From: a virus
Taxonomy: Duplodnaviria; Caudoviricetes
Direction: 5' to 3' (one strand)
Length of the DNA stretch: 27,157 bases
IMG/VR virus record: IMGVR_UViG_3300031991_000104
Span: 1-27,157 of that record
Made by a program: the position numbers and the translations under genes. Below, in pieces: positions 15,655-24,700 of this stretch (the stretch's first letter is position 1; each line of letters starts with the position of its first letter). The notes beneath the pieces were generated by a model, which worked only from the letters and a program-made list of their open reading frames with translations, was not told the origin of the DNA and did not search any database.

Positions 15655-16802
15655 TGGACAAGCTGACGCTGGACGGTGCGCAAAGGGCGAACACGCCGGA
15701 GGAAACGCTTGGGCGGATCAAACCGTTCTTTCCCGTGGCGGGAATCTCCCGGGTGGCCGACATCACGGGGCTGGACCGCATCGGTATTCCCGTGGCGCTT
15801 TGCATCCGCCCCGACAGCGGCTCGCTCGCGGTGGACAGCGGCAAGGGAATGACGGTGTCGGGAGCCCTGGCCAGCGCGGCCATGGAAGGGATGGAGCGTT
15901 ACGCGGCGGAGGTGGAGGTTTTTGACAGCGAGAGGGGGCCGATCCGAGATTACCGCGAAGTGCGGTTTCCTTTGTTGAAAGGCGCACGGTTGGAATCGGG
16001 GCAGGAGCTGAACTGGGTGGCGGTCCGCGATCTCTTCACTGATGGCGAAATGTGGGTGCCACAGCGTTGCGTAGGGGGTGACATTTATGGCCGGGAACCG
16101 CTGTCGGAACGGGCGTTTTATTCAACGACAAACGGCTTGAGCGCCGGGAACACGCTGGAGGAAGCGGTATGCGGCGGGATCTATGAAGTGATCGAACGGG
16201 ACGCCACTTGCATCGCGCAAAGCCAAATGAACCCGGACCGGGTGGTGACGCTGGAAAGTATCCCCTGGCCATCTGCGCGCGGACTGGTGAAGCAGATCGA
16301 GGCGGCGGGCTGCGGGGTGACGGTGTTCGATTGCCTCTCCGACATCGGGGTTCCGGTGTTCATGGCATGGATCTTCGACAAGAAGGAATCGGGCGTGGGA
16401 GTTTACCGGGGCTACGGGTGCCACCTCTCCGCAGAGATCGCGCTTTGCCGGGCACTCTGCGAAGCGGCGCAGGCCCGTGCGGTAATCGTGGCCGGGGCGC
16501 GGGACGACATCACGCAGGAGCGGCACCTGAACTATTTGCAGGCCAGCGAGCGGAACGACTGGACGGTGTGGGCACTTCCCCAAATCCGGGACATTTCCAC
16601 CGCCCCGGATGGAAGCGGCAAAAGTTTCCGCGAAGACATCGGCCGCCTTATGGAGCAGCTCGAAGTGGCGGGGTTTGCACGGGTGCTTTTGTATGATTTC
16701 CACAGCGCCCTGAATCTTGGAGCGCATGTGGTGCGCATGCTGGTTCCCGGGCTGGAAGGTTATCTCACGCAGTGGCTGCAAGTCGGAGGGCGGGCGAAAT
16801 GA
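15654..16802 (+). CDS. ycaO: YcaO-family ATP-dependent peptide backbone-activating enzyme (TfuA-associated, thioamide-forming type)
   Basis: TPEETL, GISRVADITGLDRIGIPV, GKG.T...A.ASAAMEGMER, TNGLSAGNTLEEAV..GIYEVIERDA, GYGCHL....AL.RALCEAAQAR...AGARDD and VVRMLVPGLE. All hallmark YcaO ATP/Mg-binding motifs are present. ATG overlaps the upstream stop (TGATG). Confidence 0.95.
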   Translation: MDKLTLDGAQRANTPEETLGRIKPFFPVAGISRVADITGLDRIGIPVALCIRPDSGSLAVDSGKGMTVSGALASAAMEGMERYAAEVEVFDSERGPIRDYREVRFPLLKGARLESGQELNWVAVRDLFTDGEMWVPQRCVGGDIYGREPLSERAFYSTTNGLSAGNTLEEAVCGGIYEVIERDATCIAQSQMNPDRVVTLESIPWPSARGLVKQIEAAGCGVTVFDCLSDIGVPVFMAWIFDKKESGVGVYRGYGCHLSAEIALCRALCEAAQARAVIVAGARDDITQERHLNYLQASERNDWTVWALPQIRDISTAPDGSGKSFREDIGRLMEQLEVAGFARVLLYDFHSALNLGAHVVRMLVPGLEGYLTQWLQVGGRAK

Positions 16803-17833
16803 AGGTGGTGTTTCTTGGCCCAAGTCTGGCGCGGGACGCGGCGCTGGACATCCTGCCGGGGGCCATTATCGCGCCCCCTGTAGCGCAAGGTGACATCGCG
16901 AGTATCTGCCGGATGGCAACCCCTCCCGAGGCTATCGGCATTGTGGATGGACTCTTTCGCAAGAGCCTGTCGGTGTGGCACAAGGAAATCCTCTTTGCCC
17001 TCTCGCGCGGGGTGCGCGTGCTGGGTGCGTCGAGCATGGGAGCATTGCGCGCCGTGGAGTGTGAGCCATGGGGAGCGGAGCCGGTGGGCGAGATCGCCGC
17101 ATGGGTGAAGGCCGGGCTCGCCAGTGACGCCGACGTGGCGCTGGCCCACGCCGGGGCGGAGCACGGGTGGCGGGCGTTGAGTGTGCCCATGGTGAATGTG
17201 CTGGCCACGCTAGCGGCTTGCGCGGAGCTGCCCGCCTTTCGGTATCATTCCATCCTCAAAGCAGCGGCCCGGCTTTTCTACGCGGACCGCACCTGGCCTG
17301 GAATCTTCGAGGCGGGGCAATGCACGCCTGCCGAGCGCGAGGTGATCGCGGCAAACCCGCGGGACCAGAAAGCCACGGATGCCCGGGCGATGCTGGGTGA
17401 AATGAGCCGCCCTGCTAAAGGCCGCCACGTGCGGGTGGCAGTCAATATTTTCGAGAACTACGGGGCCGTGCTGCATGGGAACGACGTGCGGATTCCCACG
17501 GCCACGGGTGCCCGCAAGGCGTGGGAGGTGGCGAAACAGAACGCGTGGGCGTTACGTGCTGGCAACGAACGCGTGCTGGCCGTGGAGATGGCGCAGATCC
17601 TCGGCATGGACAAAGATTTGCCGGAGATCCCTTACGACGCCGAAGAGGCCCGCAAGCTCGATTTGCTGCCGCATGAATACCTCCGATTTCGACGCGAGGA
17701 AATGATGCTGGCGCGCGCTGCTGTGTGGGTGAGCGCGACGGACAACGGCCACGGTGACGCCCCCCGGATCCTTTCCCACCTGCGGAGCGCAGGAATTTAC
17801 GACGAGATGAAAAAAGCAAAGTTATGCCCATAG
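16799..17833 (+). CDS. tfuA: TfuA-like protein (YcaO partner for thioamidation)
   Basis: VFLGPSL, PPVAQGDI, IGIVDGLF....SVWHKEIL.AL..GV.V.GASSMGALRAVE, DADVAL.H and LSVPMVNV.ATL are the conserved TfuA core. ATGA overlap with ycaO. Confidence 0.94.
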   Translation: MKVVFLGPSLARDAALDILPGAIIAPPVAQGDIASICRMATPPEAIGIVDGLFRKSLSVWHKEILFALSRGVRVLGASSMGALRAVECEPWGAEPVGEIAAWVKAGLASDADVALAHAGAEHGWRALSVPMVNVLATLAACAELPAFRYHSILKAAARLFYADRTWPGIFEAGQCTPAEREVIAANPRDQKATDARAMLGEMSRPAKGRHVRVAVNIFENYGAVLHGNDVRIPTATGARKAWEVAKQNAWALRAGNERVLAVEMAQILGMDKDLPEIPYDAEEARKLDLLPHEYLRFRREEMMLARAAVWVSATDNGHGDAPRILSHLRSAGIYDEMKKAKLCP

Positions 17834-18741
17834 TTTACAACCCATCAGTGAACGACCGCAGCGGGGAAATCCTCGGAAGCGGGATCGCGGGGGCGGCGCA
17901 GATCAACGCGCAAGGCCAGATGCAGAGCGCGGAGAATCTGTCGCGGGGAATCGCCAGCGCGGGACAGTCCATCGGGCGCGGGATCGAGCAGGCCGGGAGT
18001 ATTTACGCGCAGAACAAGGCTAAGTTGAGCAGCGGCTACGGGAAAATTGATGGGTTCCTTGGTGCTGGTTACATCGCAAAGGAGGAAGCAGATCGGCTCT
18101 CGCAGATCAAAAACCCTGACAAACTTCACGGCGAACTCGCGGTGATTGAGCAGCAGTTTCAAAACGACATGATCCGCAAGCGGCAAGTGGATACGATGAA
18201 TATGCGCTTGATGGAGGAGGAGGCTGGGCGTAAGGGCAGCCGGGTGGGGACGACGACAACGATGGTGGACCCCATCACGGGCCAGAAGGTGGGGGCGTAT
18301 TTTCAGAATGACCGACAGGTCGTGCCCTTCAAAGGCAATGCTCCGGCAGATCAAGGCTTGCAGGGGGTGCGCAAGGTGCAGGTGGGACCGGATGAGTTTA
18401 TTTACACGGACCAGAACGGGAAGCCCCTCAGCCCGAATTTGATCAACGCAAAGCCGCCTGATCCGGTGGCGCAGGCGAAGTTGACGAAGTTGCAGGAGGA
18501 GAAAGCCTATCTCGACGGCGAGGCGGCGAAGGGGCGGGGCGATGCGAAGGATGGGGCGAATTGGTGGCCGTGGTCGGAGACGATCAAGACGCGGCAGGCT
18601 GGCGTGGCGGCGCAGTTGAAGAGCATGGCGGGGGCACCGCTGTATGACACGCCGCAGGCAGTGAAGGCGGCGGTGCGCGCGGGAAAGATCACTCCGGAAG
18701 AGGCCACGGGCATCCTTCGGAGCCAGTTCGGAATGCAGTAA
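17824..18741 (+). CDS. Probable internal virion / ejection protein
   Basis: N-terminal YNPSVNDRSGEILGSGIAGAA...GIASAGQSIGRGI amphipathic Gly-rich helices, Gln/Lys-rich body. Overlaps the tfuA end and precedes the giant protein. Confidence 0.6.
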   Translation: MPIVYNPSVNDRSGEILGSGIAGAAQINAQGQMQSAENLSRGIASAGQSIGRGIEQAGSIYAQNKAKLSSGYGKIDGFLGAGYIAKEEADRLSQIKNPDKLHGELAVIEQQFQNDMIRKRQVDTMNMRLMEEEAGRKGSRVGTTTTMVDPITGQKVGAYFQNDRQVVPFKGNAPADQGLQGVRKVQVGPDEFIYTDQNGKPLSPNLINAKPPDPVAQAKLTKLQEEKAYLDGEAAKGRGDAKDGANWWPWSETIKTRQAGVAAQLKSMAGAPLYDTPQAVKAAVRAGKITPEEATGILRSQFGMQ

Positions 18742-18747
18742 TTTCCC

Positions 18748-21700
18748 ATGACAGCCGAAGAGTTTTTGAATGCACCGGACGAAGCGCCGGTGGTAACTTC
18801 GAAACCAATCAGTCCCACGGGCGGCAGCGGTGTGCCGCCCCTACCGCCCACCACGTCGCCAGGCGTGGAGGGGGCGAAGCCGAGCCCTACGCCGGTGACG
18901 TTTTATTCACTGGGGGCGGACGTGGGCGGGCCGGATGAGACGCAAGACAAGTGGACGAACAAGGGGTTCTCGTCGAAGGGTCCGAATCTCACGCCCGGCG
19001 TGGCGGCCGTGAATGAAAAGAAGTATCCGCTGGGCACGGTGTTGAAGGACACGGACAGTGGCATGGTGTTTCTCGCTACGGACCGGCATGGCAACGAAGA
19101 TCCTAATGTGGTGGACGTTTACGTGGCTCCGGAGAATTACAAGCGCGCGAAGGTGACGCGGAATTTCTCGGTGGTGGGCAAGGTGGATAATATCCCGACG
19201 ACGGCGGAGGGCGTGCGCTCGGCGCTGGCGGCTTTCGGCACGGTGCCCGAGGGGCCGAGCGCGGCGGAGTCGCTGGGGAAGAAGACGGCCAAGCCTGATA
19301 ATGCGGACACGACCGATAAAACGGGCAAGGCCGATTTTATTGATGTGCCGGGGTTGCCGGGCGGAGAGGAAGAGGACGCGGAGAATGAGGGACGCGGAGC
19401 CGCGGGGACGGGAGCGAAGGCGGAGGATTTCCTGAATGAATCCTGGTGGGTGCAGGATGATAAGCTGATGCTCGACCCGAAGAATTTCCGCGATGGGCTC
19501 AAGCAGGCCAAGGCAGCGGGAGTGATTGACGACGAAGCTTTTGCGAAGTTGAGCGAGGATGCGGATAAGGTCGAAGCGGCAGCGAAGGCCCGCGAGGAGT
19601 TGGTGGCAGAGGCCGGGGACAATGCGGCCGCAAAAGCGGCGTTGCATGGTATCGGCAAGGGAAGCGCGATGACGCTGGGCGCATTGGGAGCAGGGGCGGC
19701 GGGGGCATTGGTGGCTCCAGCGGCCGGACCGGCTGCACCGCTGGTGCCGATTGTGACGGGCACGGTGGGGTTGTTTGCGGCGGGGGCGGCGTATGATGCC
19801 GTTTACAAGAAGCTCGCGGATTGGGACGACAGCTACAAGGAAGTGCTGGCCGCGAAGGAACTGGAACCGGGATGGAACGCGGCGGGGGAGATGGCGTTTC
19901 TCGCGCTCCAGCTTCCGGCCAGTGCGGTGAACATGGCGCGGGCGGTGGGCCCGGTGGCGCGGGCAAACGGGACCGGCGCGGCGGTGAAGTTCGGTGCGCA
20001 GGCCGTGGGCGTGGGAGCCGGGACGGCCGCAGTGACGGATACGGGCGTGCGCATTATGCAGCGCGCGGCGGGATACGACGAAGTGCCAGCGCCGAGCGCG
20101 GAGACAGCACTGACAGCGGCAGGGATAGGGGCGCTGACGGCGGGGCTATTCGTGGGGAAGACGCGGTATTCGTTGAAAGACCTTTTCGGCATCGCGAAGC
20201 GACAGGCGGAGGGAAAGAAGCTGTCGGCGGCGGAGACTGAGGCGATGAACGCGGCGGCGCGGGCCGTGGAGCAATTGCAGGGCGAGGGCAACACCGTCAA
20301 GGGCGTGACGGTGGAACAGGCTTCCATGATGGGACGGCCAGAGGTGACGACGCCGACGGTGACAATCGGGCCGGGAGGGAAGGGCGGCGGCGGCAGGGTG
20401 GACTTGAAGCGGTTGGGGCCAGGCGGGGCGCAAGAGCAATTCGAGGGACTGGTGCGCGCCGGGGGCGGGGATGTGGACGCGCCAGCGGGGCGGGCGGTGG
20501 TGCCTGTGCTCGGGAATGGTTTGCCGGAGGGGAGTTTCGCGCCAGCGACAAGCGGGGGGACGGTGCAGAGCGCGGAGGAATTTTTGGCCGCGCCGGCAAC
20601 GGAAGATCCTTTCGCCATTGAGGACGACGGGGTGGAAGAGGGGGAGGGATATGTGGCTGGCGGAGACGAGGAGGCACTGGCAGCAGCCGCGGCGGCGCGC
20701 CAGGCGGAGGCGGATTACCTCGCGGAGATGCAGGGTGACATTGACGAGACGATGCGGGCGGCCCGTGAGCAAAGCGGGAGCGTGGAAATCGCCGATGCCG
20801 TCGAGCAGCTTGGCGGGCTGCCGGGACGGGGCAGCGCATACGAAAAGCCCTACGCCGGGGAACTCCAGATGGTGCGCGAGAACGTGAAGGCGGACAAACG
20901 GATGAAGCTCTTCCGCAAGGACGCGCCCGATCCGGACCGTCTGGTGACTTCGTTGCGGGACATAGGATTCGAGATCGAGGGACCGAATCAGCTTTGGGAT
21001 ATTCTGGACACGCGGTTCCGTGGGAATGTCGAGCATTGGAGCGAACCGAACCGGCAGGATGCTTACTGGCAGGAACGCCACGGCATGATGATGGAGGACG
21101 CGAAGCCGCGCACGGTGCAGGACCTTCCCATGGTGAAGGTGGATGCGCGGGCGGTGAGCGGGCCGGAGGCGGAGACGGCTTATCGTGCGCTGACACCGGC
21201 GCAGTTGCCGGACCGTCCGGTGCGGGTGCAGTTCGTGCGGAGCATCATTGGAAAGTTGAAGGGGCACCACGGTGCAGAACGCATTTTCCAGTTGGTGCCA
21301 CATTTTCAGACGCTGCTGGAAGGCTCGATTCCGATGGACTTCGAGGCGGAACGGAACCCGGTGAAGCATGACAATGTGGTGGGCTTTCAAGACTATCTCG
21401 CAAAGGCGGATATAGGAGGCACGCCAGTCTATGTGCGGTTTTCTGTGCAGCTCTTGAAAACCGGGAGGAAGGCTCCCCGCGGGGCAATGCCGAAGCATGA
21501 ACTTCACAGCGCCTTCGTCAGCGACGTGGCGATGTATGATGAAGCTGGGCGCGTCCTTCACTCCGGCATTAGCACGCCGACGACGGGTGCGCGGCCCAGC
21601 TTCGACAGGAAGCTGGCACAATGGCTGGGGGTAGTCAAGGAACCACAAAAGCCCTACACGGCCGCGCAGACCGCCGAGCGCGGCGATGTGGCGGCGAAGG

Positions 21701-24700
21701 TGCTTGGGACGGCACCAGTGACCAGCGTGGCGCGGGAACTGGCCGTGAAGCCGGGAATGGTGGATGAATTCGCGGCGCAGGAAAAACTGGTGGCGCTCGG
21801 ATGGCGGCGGGAAATGCTCACCAAGGGGAAGGTGGATTTCGTGGGGCGGACGATTAAGAACGCCTACGACCTCGCGCAAGCCGCGCAGGTTTACCGGGAT
21901 CCGCGTTTCGAGACGGTGCGGTGGCTCTTCACGCGAAACGGCAAGGTGGTGGACACTGTGGGCATCACCAGCCGCAATCCTCGTTTTACGATGGTGCTGC
22001 TGCCTGGCCATAGTGTGCAGGATATGGTGGCAATGGCCAGGAAGACGGGCGCGGATGGCGTGTGGCTGCTGCACAATCACCCGAGCGGCGACCCGACACC
22101 GAGCGAAGCAGACCGGCGCATGACGGAGCAGATCGGCCGGGCGGCATTGGCGGCGGATGTGTTCTTTCAGGGCCATGTGGTGATCAACGGCGGCCGGTTT
22201 GCCATGATCACGCCAGACGGTTTCCATGAACTGCACGCCCTCCCGGGCCGGGACGAGCTATTGCAACCGGAAATCGACAGCGAACTGCTCAATCTGCCGG
22301 TGGAGTCCACGGGCCAAGTCGCGGCGGTGGCCGAGGTGTGGGCACGGCTGGCAGCCGACCAGCGTGATGGAGGCGGGCAGGTGACGCTTTTCATACTCGA
22401 CACCAAACGGAAGGTGCGGGCCGTCACCACGGTGCCGTTGGAGTTATTTTTTGATCGGGAAAAATTCTCGGCTTACCTGCATTCGCGGGGCTCCAAGTAT
22501 GGAGTGAGTTTTGCCACGGCTTACTACGATCACCCGGCCCTGCGGGACTGGGTGGGGGATTACATGGGTGAGTATATCCGCGGCGGATTGCTCGACGACG
22601 GGGTGTTGTCTCCACGGGAGACGCTCCGGGAAACCGGGCTGGCGACGCCGGACGTGCCGGACAGTTATTTCGGCGAGAAGTTTTCGAAGTTGGTGCATGC
22701 GGAAGAAGTGCGCGAGGACTCTGCCGGCCGATTGGCGGACATCGCGGTGACGGAGGGGCCGCTGCGGGTGTTGTCGGCTGATGGCAAGAACGTTTACGCC
22801 ACGGTGAAGCTGACCGGGCTGCCGGACATCAAGATTATCGAGATGCCGGAAATGCTGGCGCTCACAAGGCAGATCATGGGCAGCGAGCCGGAGTTGCGCC
22901 GGATGCGCAGCGCGCTGGGGCAATTCGTCGGAGCTGGGCAAGGGCAGATGCGGCTCGACCCGCGAATCTTCGCGGACTCGACCGTGGCGGCGAAAGTGTT
23001 CGCGCACGAGATCGGACACCTCGTGGATTACCTTCCCGACCACACCTTGAAGCGCGGGAACCTCATCGGGCGACTCTACACCTTGAAGCGGCACCTTTCG
23101 GGGACGGCTTTCGGAAGTATTACGGGCATCAAAAATGCGGACATCAAGGCGGAGCTGGAGGGGCTCACGCGGTGGTGGAAACCCTGGGACGACACCGTGG
23201 CGCCGAAGTGGTATAGCGACTATCGCAAGTCGAGCGTGGAGCTTTACGCGGATGCCATCAGCGTGCTTTTCAATAGCCCCGCGGAGTTGAAGGCGCGCGC
23301 GCCGAAGTTCTACAAGGAATTTTTCGCCTGGCTGGACAAGAAGCCCGAGGTGAAAACGGCTTTCTTTGAACTACAGGCTTTCCTGCATAAGCCTTACATG
23401 GAAGTGCTGCGGGCGCGGAGCGGCCGGGTGCGCGAGATGTTCGGCAAAGCGGAGGAAATTTATCTTCGGCATCGCGAGCGGAGGCGGTTGCAAAAGCAGA
23501 CGGTGCGGGGATTCGTGGACACGCTGAAGGATGAGCTTTACGACCGATTCAACCCGGTGGTGCGGCGTCAGGAGGCCGTGGAGAAGGACGGCGGCAAGGT
23601 GGCCGCGGACCTCGACATGCGGAAGCTCTTCGACGAGCACCCGCTCGCGGACAATCTGGTTTACACTTGGCTCTCTCGCGTTTTCGAGCGGGTGGTGAAG
23701 CCGCTGGAGGCCCAAGACATCACGCTGGACGACATGGGGGAATATCTTTTCTTCTCGCGTGTGATGGCGGACCGCGCCGGAATGGCGAACCCACAAGGGC
23801 ACACGGCCGCCACGGCTCGCGCGGCGTTGCTGCGGATGCGGCTCGACCTTGGCAATAAGAAATTCACGCTGTTGGAACGTTCTGCAGAACAGTTTCACGA
23901 CCACGTTTTTGACACGGTGAAGGACGCGGCGGCGGCCGGGCTGATCTCGCAGGAAACTTTCAAAACTGTGATCGAGCCAAACCGGAAAACCTATGCGGCT
24001 TTCCGTCCCATCGAGCATGTGGAAGACTACGTGCCCGCGGGAATCTTCCAACAAATCGGCACGCTGAAAGAGATCGAAAACCCATGGCTCACCACGATCT
24101 TGAAAACCGTGGCGATGCGCCGGGCCATCCAATACAACCGCGCAAAGGTGGGCACTGTGGAGTTCCTCACGGAGTATTTCCCCGACGAGATCCGCGCGGC
24201 CGAAACGCGCTTCGACGGCAAGCGGCAAGTGGTGCTGAAACCCAAGGACAAGGAGCGCGGGCTGATCGAGATCCGGAGGGATGGACAATGGGCGGCCTAC
24301 GAAGTGCCGGGCGATGTGGCGCGGATGTTCGACCGGCTGGACCCGGCGCAGGCTGGCGTCGTGATGAAGGCTCTAAATTTTGTTTTCAAGGCCGGGTTTT
24401 ACAACTTGTGGGTTCGATGGAATCCAGTCTTCCAACTTGCCTATTCGCCGATCCGTGACGCGCAGCGGTATTACGTGAACATGCCGAAGGCTGGCGCGAT
24501 GAAACTGGCGGCGAATTATTTGAAGGCCATCCCGGCTGCGCTGGACCGCATCACCGGGAAGGAAAATCCGCTCATTACGGAAATGTATGAAACCTTCGCG
24601 CTGGCCACGCCTCACGACAGTTACGCCCGCAATCTCACGCGGACGGCCGATGGCTTTGACGAAATCTTGAAGCAATTCCACATCCTTCCGCGGGAGGAGC

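Noticed and set aside
14513-18747. Separate short RiPP precursor ORF near ycaO/tfuA
   Set aside because: There is no intergenic space, and the short alternative-frame ORFs here have shadow-like composition without leader/core features.
23042-23091. 13-bp direct repeat ACACCTTGAAGCG
   Set aside because: Encodes HTLKR/YTLKR within the peptidase region. Too short and isolated to call an att site or a target-site duplication.
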